From the NCBI GenBank assembly GCA_964016885.1, contig OZ024741.1, forward strand, positions 299,274,001-299,338,000: 64,000 nucleotides of DNA, written 5' to 3'. Position 1 is the stretch's first letter; each line of letters opens with the position of its first letter. A program made the position numbers and the translations under genes. Of the stretch, positions 30,950 through 44,701 are shown piece after piece. This DNA comes from Eledone cirrhosa. Taxonomy: Eukaryota. The notes under the pieces were generated by a model that searched no databases, was not told the origin of the DNA, and was given only the letters and a program-made list of their open reading frames with translations.

Positions 30950-31150
30950 GGCCTAATGGTATGGGTGTTGGCCTTCGATCATAATATCGTGGGTTCGATT
31001 CCTGCGTTGCGTGTTGTGTTCTTTAGAAAAACATTTCATTTCACGTTGCTCCAGTATACTCAGCAGGAAATGATTACCAGCAATAGCTGGCGGTTTAAAG
31101 CTGTGATAGACTGGCGTCCTGTCTAGGGGGTTGTCTTGTACTCTCACCGG
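30942..31150 (+). mobile_element. tRNA-headed SINE of a second family
   Basis: GGCCTAATGG (A box), GGTTCGATTCC (B box), body TTTCATTTCACGTTGCTCCAGT..ACTCAGC, GATAGACTGGCGTCCTGTC. Confidence 0.7.
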
Positions 31151-31479
31151 CCTAGCGTGCCTTCTGGCTTAAGACAGATAGGGAGAGTTGACATTTGAAA
31201 ATTTTAAAAGAAGTGATTCTTAAAATAAGCAATCACTATATATAACAATATTTATGTTTAATCAAGACCTAAGAAATTTAATAGATAATTTACATAATTT
31301 TCATTCATGATTTATTCAAAATAATCCAACTTATTTTAATAACGTGTTCATAAAAAAATATCCCTGGCACAGTCTCGCAGTCTTCCAACGATTATATATA
31401 AGATTCATGGACTTGTCGGTCATTTGATACACTTTTGACTTGTCAACATCATTTATCATCGGATATATGCGCCCTCAGC

Positions 31480-31990
31480 TCACCTTCAACTATTCTTCAT
31501 GTCTAAAGAGATCTTCGTAAAAAGGGTGTTGACATGGAATTTCAATTCATACACATTTAAAGTGTACAGAACATATATATTGCCTGCATTGTTGTTAGCA
31601 TGAGAATCTAGAGTCAATTTTCACTAAACTAAAACATGAATATTTTCACCAACAGTATCATCAATGAAAACTCGGTGTCCATTAGCAATCGTCTATGTGT
31701 TGAGGAGCTGGAATGTATTCATTTTGAAAGCATTGAATGTTTGTCGAGTCAACATAGATTGTGCTGGTCATGTAATAAGGAGTGATAATCGTATTGCTAA
31801 GCAATTCATTACGGGGTGTGTAAATCACAGACAAAAGTTAAGATATAAACCGAAATCTTAGAAATAGACCTGCATCAAGTCAGCTATGATAAAGTAAAAA
31901 GAAATGAGAGAAGATAACTGGGAGAATATAGCTTAGAGCAATCATCTAGGAGGAAAGCAGCGTTTAATTTAAAAAAAACAAAAACAGGAA
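31480..31990 (+). mobile_element. Highly decayed RTE-like LINE 3' region
   Basis: (W)AGHVIRSDNRIAKQ resembles the RTE C-terminal W.GHV.R motif; many lesions. Confidence 0.45.
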
Positions 31991-32145
31991 TATTGAAACA
32001 TATTCGGTTGCAGCATGACAAAGTGAAAGGGTATCTGCACAAGAGTTGGCATGTGTTACTAGATTTTTGAATGCTCAAAAGGAATTTGTGAGCAGTGTAT
32101 ATGATTTGACTTGGTTCAGTAAAGCTAGTTACACACACACGCGTG

Positions 32146-32183
<38 letters not shown>

Positions 32184-32190
32184 GATACAC

Positions 32191-32263
<73 letters not shown>

Positions 32264-32419
32264 CATATATATATATATAGTAAGTACTTTTATAGTACTA
32301 TTGAATATAAGTAGACACACTTAAAGAGATAAATGCCTACATCTATATAAACGAACAAGTTTTACACTTCTCACCAAGTTACATCGTGCCAAATGCAACA
32401 ACTATTACTTTGTCCTGCT

Positions 32420-32484
<65 letters not shown>

Positions 32485-32609
32485 TTGGTAAAAGTATGAT
32501 TAACACGGATAAACGATATCGACATTCGATCGACTTACGTCAAATTGGACCGAGGAAACAGTGTTTCCATTGGTCTTTCCAATTGTTAATACTATCTATC
32601 GGTTGCACC

Positions 32610-32732
32610 TCCAGGTAGAATGAACAACGTGAAATTAAGTGATTTGCCCAAGGCTATAACGCATCGCCTGGTCCGGGAATCGAACTCACGACCTCATCAG
32701 TGCGAATCCAATTCCTCAACCGCTCAGCCACA
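32610..32732 (-). mobile_element. tRNA-headed SINE fragment (second family)
   Basis: Reverse B box GGAATCGAACTC, A box ACCGCTCAGCCA, AAGTGATTTGCCCAAGG. Confidence 0.65.
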
Positions 32733-33068
32733 AGTCACACATGAGCGATACAATAGGGTTTTATTCAAAGCATTAACATATGTTTCATCGCCTGACAAGA
32801 AATTTGTTCATGTCGGGAACGTGCTATCAACAATAGCTGATTGATTATTGCGAAATTCGTTATAAAATATGCATATCCGCTTGAAAAAGCATATAATGCT
32901 GAAACCGGTATTATTAAATGCAGAAATATTCACTTCATAAATAAATGTTTTGATATTATACTGAAAGAATCTCTTCAGAATTTTGTTACTAAAAAAATAT
33001 TTTTCCTTTCTACTATTTATTTATCATTATCTATAAAAGGCAGATTGTTGTTGTTGTTGTTGTTGTTG

Positions 33069-33176
<108 letters not shown>

Positions 33177-33499
33177 ATGATCTATCGTTATACATTTGCA
33201 CAATTTCAAACCGATTTGAAGTCTGTAAGAATGTTGTAAATATCTAACTTAAGTCAACGACTATTTATTTATTTCAAACTCACCCACAATTACGGAAATA
33301 ATCGATAAAACAATATACATCACGCTTTACCCCTCTAATACAATATGATTTTCTCTCTCTACTCCACTTAAAATTCGATAAAACTACATACATGCTGCAA
33401 CTTTCTATTATATACGCTTAAACTTACAAACTTCCTTTAGGAACGCCGAAGAAGGAAGAGAGAAAGAAATGAAGGAGAGAGAAGAGAGTGAAAGAGAGT

Positions 33500-33556
<57 letters not shown>

Positions 33557-33859
33557 GGAGAGAACGTTTGTGTTTGTGTGTGGAACGGTCAAACATTTAT
33601 TTACTTAAATGACAACAATTATTAAAAAGCAACAAATAAATTTATTCAACAACAAAAAATAGCGATATATTCTTTTTTAAAACATCTCTCAACGAACGTG
33701 GAAGAAAGAAGTATCAGTTTATTTATTATACAGAATAATATCCTCTATGAGGTCACTAAACCTGCTAGAAACAGCAGCTAACTCTCCCCTATATCACACC
33801 CCTCCCTACTGTCTTAAATTAAGAAAACACACATTAGACAACATGCAGAACAACTCCAT

Positions 33860-34126
33860 GGCAGCTCTGTTGTTCGGATGGCATCATCTACGCGCGTGTT
33901 ACGCAAGTACTGTGAAACAATAAATTTCAACACTTCTTTGCACAGAGATAATATCAATAGGCGAAACTACAATTGTCACCGCTGGCGCAGCTCCTGCTTC
34001 GGCAGTCCAGGTCTGCAATTCATTCACCCAGTGCCTTGCAGACAAAAAAGTGCTGCCATAAAATAGGTGGTGCAACCTAACTTTGGTAACTTACTGACCC
34101 CGAGCAACGCCGGGCTTTAATGCTAG
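33860..34126 (+). mobile_element. Helitron 3' terminus (5' boundary uncertain)
   Basis: GC hairpin CCCGAGCAACGCCGGG followed 8 nt later by CTAG then T. Confidence 0.7.
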
Positions 34127-34138
34127 TATATATATATA

Positions 34139-34309
<171 letters not shown>

Positions 34310-34477
34310 ATGTGTGTGGTGGCTCTGTGTAGGTGTCTATCTCTATGTATCTGGATGTGTATGCGTGTGTATGCATTTCTGTGTGTAAAAGCTTGTCAGA
34401 AATGTGTGAAGATACGCACATATATATGTCAAATGATGGTTTTGGTTGTTTCTATTCTTATACTGGTATCTGCACCC

Positions 34478-34541
<64 letters not shown>

Positions 34542-34989
34542 TTAGTATATCTACTAACATATGCGTACAGATGTACGCTAATGCTAGCAAATACACAGGT
34601 TATGTCATAGTACCTATGTGGTTTGATGCAGGAGGATGCAGAACAATAATATAAAAGACGTAAAATAAGAAAATTTAAAAAAATTAACTTACTTACTAAA
34701 ATGTTCACTTCAACTAATTAGTTTCTGCAATGGGATAAAGACAGCTACGTAATAAACTGTCGAGAATTCATTGCGTCATCAGGCTTCTGTCATCTTACCA
34801 TCCCACTCCTACCGATTAGCCTCTGTGTCACGTGATTGATTCTTTAGAATCTGCCATTTGACCAGTGACAGCGAGATTTTCAGTGCATGGAATCCAGTCG
34901 CCGCTAGCTGTTCCATTTACCGAATTATTATTATTATTTTTATGAGTCCCCAGTGTCCGCGCATTGCCTGGAGACTTAGCTGAGAATAG

Positions 34990-35070
34990 ACTCCCTGATG
35001 ACGCAATGAATTCTCGACAGTTTATTACGTAACTGTCTTTATCCCATTGCAGAAACTAGTTAGTTGGAGT
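34990..35070 (+). ncRNA. Type I hammerhead-like motif with long stem II; mirrored antisense at ~34705-34785
   Basis: CTGATGA at 34995, GCAATG/CATTGC stem II, GAAA at 35052, palindromic AACTAGTT, stem I ACTCC/GGAGT with a bulge. Confidence 0.6.
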
Positions 35071-35118
35071 GAAAATTTTAGTAAGTAAGTTGATTTTTTA
35101 AAATTTTCTTATTTTACG

Positions 35119-35201
<83 letters not shown>

Positions 35202-35470
35202 ATATGTTTCTGTTAATTAAGAACATTAAAAATTCTCTGAACAGAAAACGAGACTATATCTTGTATCATTTGAAATGGGTGCAGATACCAGTAAAAGAAT
35301 AGAAACAACCAAAACCATCATTTGACATATATATGTGCGTATCTGCACACATTTCTGTCACACTTTTACACACAAATGCATACATTCGCATACACATATA
35401 CGCACACATCCACGTACATAGACACCTACACAGAGCCACCACACACATAAACACACACACACACACACAC

Positions 35471-35588
<118 letters not shown>

Positions 35589-36057
35589 CAAATAGTAGAA
35601 AGGAAAAAGATTTTTTCAGTAGAAAATTCTGAAGAGATTCTTTCAGTATAATATCAGAACATGTATTTATGAAGTGGATATTTCCACATTTAATAATAAT
35701 ACCGGTTTCAACTGCGGATATGCATATTTAATAACGAATTTCACAATAACCAATCAGCTATTGTTGATAGCACTTTCACGACATGAATATCCATAATATT
35801 TCTCCGTATTGCAGTTTAAATATAAATATTTTTTAAAAAATGTATCATAGATTATTTTACTGATTACAGAAGAGTGTAACACTGTCTCTCTTCAGTTTCT
35901 GTGCATCTTCTCAATTACGATTTTATTTGATGCATCATATTTTCATGCCTATATATTTGCGTGTGATATCAATATGCACACTATACATGCTAGCAGAAAA
36001 CCAGCCAAACTGTGTGATTCTGCTGGTAAAAATAATGATTTCTAGTATAGACACAGT

Positions 36058-36238
36058 GATTTGGAGGGAGGGGAAAGTCGATTACATCGACCCTAGTAGG
36101 ATACTGGTGTTTTATTTTATCGACCCCGTAAGGATGAAAGGCAAAGTTAACCTCGGCGGGATTTGAAGAGAGAACATAAAAGGCCATAAATCTATGTCAC
36201 AAAACATATTGTCCAACGCTCTACCGATTCTGCCAATC
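36058..36238 (-). mobile_element. tRNA-derived SINE
   Basis: Family match in reverse orientation. Confidence 0.85.
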
Positions 36239-36334
36239 TAATAATAATAACAACATCGTTGGTTGTATGCCCTCAATGTATGACCATCTGTCCTACACAC
36301 ACACAGGCACACACACACGCACACACACACGCAC

Positions 36335-36391
<57 letters not shown>

Positions 36392-36411
36392 TTATATATA
36401 TATATACATAA

Positions 36412-36589
36412 CGGGGTGAATTGGCAGTATCGGTAGAGTGTCGGGCGCCATGCTTTCCAGCATAGTTATGTCCCTTTACGGCCTGAGTTCAATTCCCGAT
36501 GAGGTTAACTTTACCTTTCATCCTTACAAAGTCGATAAAATAAAGTACCAGTAATGTACTGGATAATTGCTGGCTTTGTGCCAAAAGTG
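36412..36589 (+). mobile_element. tRNA-derived SINE
   Basis: Family match. Confidence 0.88.
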
Positions 36590-37037
36590 TGATATGGTAA
36601 GCTAGATGCGATAGCCGAAGCGAGTTGTGCTGAATGCTTAGGGTTGCAGTCTTAAATATTAAAGAAGGGTTAATATTTAATGAAGAAGGCAAGCAAGCAA
36701 GTATAAGCAAAATAAATGAGGGAGATGGAATACATTTAAAACCAAATTTTATTTCTTATATTATGTTTCATCTATACCACAGAGAGTAACAGTTCATACA
36801 TATTTGTTTGTGCGTGTACGCACGTGTATACTTGTTTGTTAATGCTATTGATATAGAATCCTCAATATATATATATATACAGACAGGTTAAAATTAAAAT
36901 AAAAACATTAATGCACATTTCGATATTCATTGATGCATTTATCAAATATTTATTAAATGAACCATTAAATATTAACTTAATATGCCTGAACGTTTTTGTT
37001 CTATTAACCTGTCTCCTTACATCGCTGTGGATTAATT

Positions 37038-37223
37038 ACAATTGTTTCTATTTTAGGCACAAGGCCAGCAATTATCCAGTACATTACTGGTACTTTATTT
37101 TATCGACCCCGTAAGGATGAAAGGCAAAGTTAACCTCGGCGGCATTTGAACTCAGATCATAAAGGGACGTAACTCTATGCTTCAAAGCATGGTGTCCGAC
37201 TCTCTACCGATACTGCCAATCCA
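37038..37223 (-). mobile_element. tRNA-derived SINE
   Basis: Family match in reverse orientation; very close to copy at 52396-52582. Confidence 0.9.
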
Positions 37224-37546
37224 CTATAATGCATTAATTTATCATACTCAGCGATATACCTGGAAATCAACTGAATAATTGATAAATTGTCCACATACTA
37301 CGCGGATTACAACTCAACTGGTGTGTCGTCTAGCCACTATGTGCATATACATCTACCCCACAATACAAACCTGAGCGCTACAGACCATAAAACTAATACT
37401 TCTGTGCGGGTGTATATATGTAACCAATATGCATGTATGAATATAAATAAACACACACACACACAGATACATAAATACATATATATATATATATAAAATA
37501 AAGTAAAATAAATAAGTCAAATGTTTAAAATTTAGCTTCGTTTATT

Positions 37547-37601
37547 ACTGCTATATATATTTCGGTGACAGCCATCTTTGGCTGTGACCTCTTCAGGCAG
37601 T
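37547..37601 (-). ncRNA. Minimal type I hammerhead ribozyme (mirror of 41364-41418)
   Basis: Reverse complement ACTGC-CTGAAGA-GGTCACAGCCA-AAGA-TGGCTGTCACC-GAAA-TATATATA-GCAGT. Confidence 0.85.
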
Positions 37602-38275
37602 CCGAATTAGTGTGGTATAGACAAGTACATATGTTGTTGAGGTGTATAATTGTGTCAATACTCTGATATGCCCAGTTCCTGGTTGGGTTGTTATTTCATT
37701 GAGGAACTGGAATCATATGAATTCAAGCAAACGAATTTCAGTGTCAACGGGCCTCTTCTACTCTCATTGGTCAGTTGTTAGAACATTCCTCATTCAAAAG
37801 TCTATAGAAATTCGTTCTGAGGCAAGCCAAAGCCAATCTGTAGTTGTTGTTCTTGTTATTGTTAGGTACATCTGACCTCAAATCTTGTGTTGGTAGTGTT
37901 GTTATAGTATGAGTTTATGTCTTGCTGCTGCTGACAATTTAGAAGTATCTGTGTGTGTTTTTTCATCCCTCCTGCCACCATCTCCCGTGGTGGTGGTGGT
38001 GTTGGTGGTGGTGGTGTGTGTGTGTGTGGGGGGGGGGGGGGTTCTTCCATGTATATGAAGAGATATAAGGCAATAAATGAAGAAAACAGAAAATAAATAA
38101 TGAATAGAGAATAAAGAATAAATGAAAAATTGGTGAAAAAGTAATGAAAATGAATATGGAGAAGTGAAAAATAAAATGAAGATTCAAATAAAGTAGGATA
38201 AAGTGTGTGTGTGCTATAACCAAATTCAAGTTCAGAAATATGTTTGATAGATTGGTATGAGGAACAAGATGTTAA

Positions 38276-38382
38276 AATAATTGTTTCTACTTTTGGCACA
38301 AGGCCAGCAATTACTCAGTGTATTACTGGTATTTTATTTTATCGACCCCGTAAGGTTGAAAGGCAAAGTTAACCTCGGCGGG
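38276..38382 (-). mobile_element. 5'-truncated SINE inserted into the left arm of the PLE palindrome
   Basis: Absent from the matching position (~40510) of the right arm. Confidence 0.85.
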
Positions 38383-41363
38383 TAAAATAATAAAAGAATA
38401 AGATAATCAAACAAAATGTGTTTGTGGTATAATCAATCTCAACTTAAAAATAAATATAAGGTGATACAGTGAAGAGAACAGAAAACAAATAACAAATTAA
38501 TAAAGAGAAATCAAGATTTAAAATTGAAAATTCAAAATCAGAAATCAAGTAAATTAAAATGTGTTTGTGTTATATAGATGTTGGCCAAATTATAATGGCT
38601 GTGTCCGATTCAATCTCTAGGCTATCATGGTGTCTGCTCATCCTGGGTTGTCCACTATGGCTTGAGGGGAGTTCTCAACCTAGGGTGTTGTTACTGCCCA
38701 TATAGCTTGAGGGAGGTCTGGCCGAGAGGTGTCTACATGTTCTGGAGAAGTCCCTATAGCTTGAGGGGAGTTCACATCTTCTTGTGTTGCTACTGTCCAT
38801 ATATATTGAGGACGGTCCCGGCTCTAATGTGTCTGCATGTCCCGAAGAAGTCGGTTCTGAGGTTTATCAGGCCGCTTCCACCTCTTAGTATCTCGAGGGT
38901 CTCGTTCAGGCATAGTTTGCATATGCAAGATCCCCCTTTGCTCGCGCTAGGAGATCTATCGTGGGGTGGTCCCCCCCCCACGTTTCCTGCGGTTGGGGTC
39001 GTTGGTCCTGAGGTGGTTAGCGTCACTCTTGAGGCTCCTACTCAAATTGGGTTTCATCTCATGGTTAAGCGTACTAGTCACCAACGCCAGTGTGGTGGTT
39101 TCGGGCACATGGGGCCTATTTGTTTCTGCTCTGCCTGTATTGTTAGGGAACGGGGGACCACCCCACGATAGATCTCCCAGCGCGGGAAACGACCACCCCA
39201 CAGATTCGGGCCGTGAAGATAACAAAAAGCATAGCGCCCAAAGGGGAAGCAACAGTGCGGGAACCACCAGCAACCCAACAAACCTCCAACAAATCACGAC
39301 GCCCCCGACCCACACATATAGGAGGAGACACAGAAAAATCACGTGGTACAACCCACTCTACTCAGCGGCCCTAAAGAACAACTTGGCCCGATCATTCCTT
39401 GGAGCACTTGCTAAATGCTTCCCGAGGGACCATAGATATCACAGGATCTTCAACAGACACACTGTGAAGCTCTCGTATTCCACCACGAGAAATCTGGCCC
39501 AACACATAGCTAGCATCAACAGGAGTAGGCTTAAAAACCGCACACAACCAGAAGATGGCAATGCAAGCACTCAGCAGACCCATGTGAAAGGACGGAAAGG
39601 GGGACCCAGAGCCCTCCCAAGAAACCCAAACAGACCCGGGGAACCCCACCGTGCCTGGGGGGAAGACCACCATGTAACACCTAACGGGAACCCCAATCTA
39701 GGCACTTAGAGGTCGACCACCATCTGCAACTGCCGAAACCCCGAATCATGCCCCCTCGGTAATGAATGCCTTAAGAAGAACCTAGTATACGGTTGTAGGG
39801 TTAAAACCCCGAACTCCGAACACCTCTACATAGAAGCCACATCAACGAGCTTTAAAGACCGCTGGTACAACCATCGCCATTCATTCAATAAGGAGGCCAA
39901 AAGGAAAAGCACGGCTCTCTCCGACCTGATCTGGAAGCTTAAGCTGGACAGGACCCCGTACTCTCTGGCCTGGTAACTATGCCTGAACGAGACCCTCGAA
40001 ATACTAAGAGGTGGCGGCCTGATAAACCTCAGAACCGACTTCTTCGGGACATGCAGACACCTTAGAGCCGGGACCTTCCTCAAGATATATGGACAGTAGC
40101 AACACAAGAAGATGTGAATTCCCCTCAAGCTATAGGGACTTCTCCAGAACATGTAGACACCTCTCGGGCAGACCTCCCTCAAGCTATATGGGCTGTAACA
40201 ACACCCTAGGTTGAGAACCCCCCTCAAGCCATAGGGAACAACCCAGGATGAGCATATACCATGATAGCCTAGACCTAGAGATTGAATCAGACACAGCCAT
40301 TATAATTTAGCCAACATCTATATAACACAAACACATTTTAATTTACTTGATTTCTGATTTTGAATTTTCAATTTTAAATCTTGATTTCTCTTTATTAATT
40401 TGTTATTTGTTTTCTGTTCTCTTCACTGTATCACCTTATATTTATTTTTAAGTTGACATTGATTATAACACAAACAGATTTTGTTTGATTATCTTATTCT
40501 TTTATTATTTTAACATCTTCTCCTCATACCAATCTATCCAACATATTTCTGACCTTGAGATTGGTTATAGCACACACACATTTTATCCTACTTTATTTGA
40601 ATCTTCATTTTATTTTTCACTTCTCCATATTTATTTTCATTACTTTTTCACCAATTTTTCATTTATTCTTTATTCTCTATTTATTATTTATTTTCTGTTT
40701 TCTCCTTTATTGCCTTCATATACACGGAAGAACCCCCCCCCCCCCCCCGAACCACCACCACGAGAGATGGTGGCAGGAGGGAGAAAAAACACACACACAT
40801 ACTTCTAAATTGTCAGCAGCAGCAAGACATAAGCTGACCACAACACCAACAACACTACCGAAATAAGGGTAGAGGTCAAATGTACTTAACAATAGCAAAC
40901 ACAAACACTACAGGGAGCCTCACCCCAGAAAGATTTCTATGGACTTCTGACTGAGGAATGCTCTCAAAACTGACCAATGGGAAGTTTGACATTTTTTTGT
41001 TATTTTGTTCCTTTACCACCTTCTTCCTTCTACCACTTTATCAATTTTTTAAGCAAACTCCAACAATAACAACACTACCAACACAAGATTTGACGTCAGA
41101 TGTACCTAGCAATAACAAGAACAACAACTACAGATTGGCTTGCCTCAGAACGAATTTCTATAGACTTTTGAATGAGGAATGTTCTAACAACTGACCAATG
41201 AGAGTAGAAGAGACCCTTTGACACTGAAATTCGTTTGCTTGAATTCATATGATTCCATATCCTCAGTGAAATAACAACCCAAACAGGAACTGGGCATATC
41301 AGAGTATTGACAAAATTATACACCTCAACAACATATGTACTTGTCTATACCACACTAATTCGG

Positions 41364-41418
41364 ACTGCCTGAAGAGGTCACAGCCAAAGATGGTTGTCAC
41401 CGAAATATATATAGCAGT
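41364..41418 (+). ncRNA. Minimal type I hammerhead ribozyme in PLE pLTR
   Basis: Stem I ACTGC/GCAGT, CTGAAGA at 41369, ~11-bp stem II, GAAA at 41402, palindromic TA stem III, triplet ATA. Confidence 0.88.
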
Positions 41419-42027
41419 AATAAACGAAGCTAAATTTTAAACATTTGACTTATTTATTTTACTTTATTTTACATTACTCCGGAGTAACCAAACCAACCTG
41501 CGCACTTCGTCGAGTGCACCAGCAAAAACAAAAAACAAAAAACAAAAAACAAAAAACACAAAAAAAAAAATATGTATATATATATATATACATATATGTA
41601 TAAGTATATAAATGTGTGCGTATGTGTATTTTTGTGTATATATAGACACATATATAAGCATACATGGAGAAACATGTAGTAACTAAGAGCCTCGAAAAGG
41701 AACATCTAACCACACCCAAATATATAGTTCTCAAAAATAAAATATATTATAAATGACATATAAATATAAATCAAAAGAAAACAGAAAGCAGAAAATAAAT
41801 ATAGACTTAAGATAAATAGAACTAATAAAAATGAGTATACGAATATCTTTTTCCGACTGATTATTTTCAGCACACAGACACAACACACAAGCACACGCAT
41901 ATACACGTACACAGATGTACACGCGCACACACGTACACACACATACACACACACACACACATATATATACACGCACACAGATATAAACACACACACACGC
42001 GCGCGCGCACACACACACGCGCGCGCG

Positions 42028-42059
<32 letters not shown>

Positions 42060-42069
42060 GAGAGAGTGA

Positions 42070-42245
42070 TAGGAAAAAGAGTGACCCCGTTTCAACGGCT
42101 ATTTCTGGATTGAAATAGCCGTCGAAACGGCTTGAGCTCTGCCGTCGGGGTCACACTTTTGCCTATTTCACACTCTACTACTCTAAGTATTGAGTACTCT
42201 GGTGCGTTATGGTCCATATTGTTCCTTACCACAATTCCTTCGGTA
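42070..42245. mobile_element. Hairpin-headed repeat family copy
   Basis: CCGTTTCAACGGCTATTTC-TGGATT-GAAATAGCCGTCGAAACGG fold-back followed by family body. Confidence 0.75.
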
Positions 42246-42434
42246 TATATATATATATAGAGAGAGATATATAATATATATGTATATATATATCTAAATA
42301 TATATATATATTTATGTATATATATATATATCTATATTTATGTATATATATAAATATATATATATATATTTATGTATATATATAACTATATATATATATT
42401 TATGTATATATATATATAAATATATATATATATT

Positions 42435-42489
<55 letters not shown>

Positions 42490-42516
42490 GTATATATATA
42501 TATATATATATATATT

Positions 42517-42609
<93 letters not shown>

Positions 42610-42632
42610 GTATATATATATATATATATATT

Positions 42633-42682
<50 letters not shown>

Positions 42683-42724
42683 AATATATATATATATATA
42701 CATAAATATATATATATATATATG

Positions 42725-42786
<62 letters not shown>

Positions 42787-42820
42787 CATATAGATATATG
42801 TATATATATATATATATATA
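42244..42820. repeat. Long interrupted (TA)n tract with TTTATG interruptions
   Basis: Directly visible. Confidence 0.97.
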
Positions 42821-43910
42821 TTGTTATACTTTGGGAGGGTCATTTTGCCAATAAGAAACACACGCACTATTGCTTTCACTTCACTTCAAGATGTCGTAGG
42901 ACAGAACAAAGGAGAGGCACAAAAACAAAGAAAAGAATACCCAGTCACTGAAGATGTCACAGAATGTGTGACGAAAGAACTTTGACAATATATAAACAGC
43001 CTTCTGGTTGTGGAACCAACCAACCAACCGGAAATTTATAAATTCATAAATTTATAAATTTATTATAATAAATTGAAGTGAAGTGAAAGCAACTGGTGCG
43101 TGTGTTTCTTATTGGCAACATGACCCTCCCAAAGTATAACAATATCGGTTTCAACACACGTTTTCAGATAAAGAATCTTGCTAAACAAATTCTGAAACGA
43201 AATATATATATATATATATATATTTATAGAATAAGGAAAAGCGAAGATAGTAAAGAATCATCTGTACTCTACCAACATGCTAAAATAGAACACAAGGGTA
43301 AATTAGAGAACATAGAAATAAAAATAGAATCTACACACAGAAAAGACGCAATGTTTAGACAATTCACAGAGGCAATAAACATAAAAGAATTACAACCAAA
43401 ATTAAATAGAAAATATGAGTGGAACAGCAACATCACAACTTACAATTAAGGACAAAATGAAAACACACACACACATAGAACAAACAACCAACCAGTAAAC
43501 ATGTAAATAAACAAATAAATAAATGAACATAAACACACACAGACACCCGGATGTGGCGCATGCGCAGACTGAGCACACAACACACACACAGAAACAAAAT
43601 GGCGTAGGACAGAACAAAGGAGAGGCACAAAAAACAAAGAAAAGAATCCCACGTCACTGAAGAGGTCACAGAGTGTGTGACAAAAGAACTATGACAATAT
43701 ATAAACAACTATCTGGTTGTGGAACCAACCAACCAACCAGAAATTTATAAATTTATAAATTTATAAATTTATTATAATAAATTGAAGTGAAAGCAGCTGC
43801 TGCGTGTGTTTCTTATTGGCAACATGACCCTCCCAAAGTATAACAATATCGGTTTCAACACACGATTTCAGATAAAGAATCTTGCTAAACAAATTCAGAA
43901 GCGAAATATA
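42820..43910 (+). mobile_element. Truncated Penelope-like element: inverted 5' stub, pLTR, GIY-YIG C-terminus, pLTR
   Basis: 42820-42885 inverted vs 43075-43143; direct pLTRs 42890-43205 and 43600-43910; SVLYQHAKIEH...RQFTEAINI...PKLNRKYEW at 43228-43449. Confidence 0.88.
42944..42986 (+). ncRNA. Minimal type I hammerhead; second copy at 43653-43695 has GAAA changed to AAAA
   Basis: GTCA-CTGAAGA-(T)GTCAC..GTGAC-GAAA-GAACTT-TGAC. Confidence 0.75.
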
Positions 43911-43934
43911 TATATATATATATATATATTAGTA

Positions 43935-44125
43935 CAGGCTGTATCAAAAACGCTATATCTCGGAAGGCTATATTTTTTAGACGAATGACCATCTAATTAT
44001 GCGGTAACTTGTACAAAATAGGCCTGGATATAAAGTTTTATTCATGTTTTATAACGTCTATAAATTTTTATAAAGTTATGTGACAATTGTAAACAAAATC
44101 GGATAATTGTTTTTGGTACACTCTG
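43935..44125. mobile_element. Possible Tc1/mariner-type MITE
   Basis: Imperfect TIRs CAGGCTGTATCAAAAAC / GTTTTTGGTACACTCTG, TA on the left. Confidence 0.45.
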
Positions 44126-44448
44126 TGTATATACATTAGCCGAAATATACATTCGATTTTGTATGCAAAACACCATTAAATTGGTCAATACGCAATTGCA
44201 GTGAAGTGTCTAGATGGTAATAAATGCACATTTATATACTGTCGTTGCTACGCTATGAGATCTATAACAGACTTTTACGCTGGAGAAAATAGGCTTTTTA
44301 TATCGTCTCCATTGACGAACGTTGATATCCACTTCATAAAATATCACCTGGGAAACCGCGTGATATCATGTTGCATACCAAATGGTATAGTGACTAAGAA
44401 TCATAGACACACATAAATCTCTCCCACCCTCTCTCTCTCTCTCTCTCA

Positions 44449-44603
<155 letters not shown>

Positions 44604-44604
44604 C

Positions 44605-44697
<93 letters not shown>

Positions 44698-44701
<4 letters not shown>

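Larger units (their letters stand above)
37495..41470. mobile_element. Penelope-like element (Nematis-like) as a ~4-kb tail-out palindrome in (TA)n/(TAAA)n
   Basis: Sense arm from ~39149: RKITWYNPLYS..HRIFNRHTVKLSYS, CNCRNPESCPL..CL..NLVY...YI....FKDRWYNH, LCLNETL..LINLRTDFFGTCRH (GIY-YIG); long 3' UTR; left arm 37495-~39148 is an antisense copy with an internal deletion. Confidence 0.92.

Noticed and set aside
38662-39351. Overlapping ORFs as an independent gene
   Set aside because: Alternative or antisense frames of the GC-rich PLE arms
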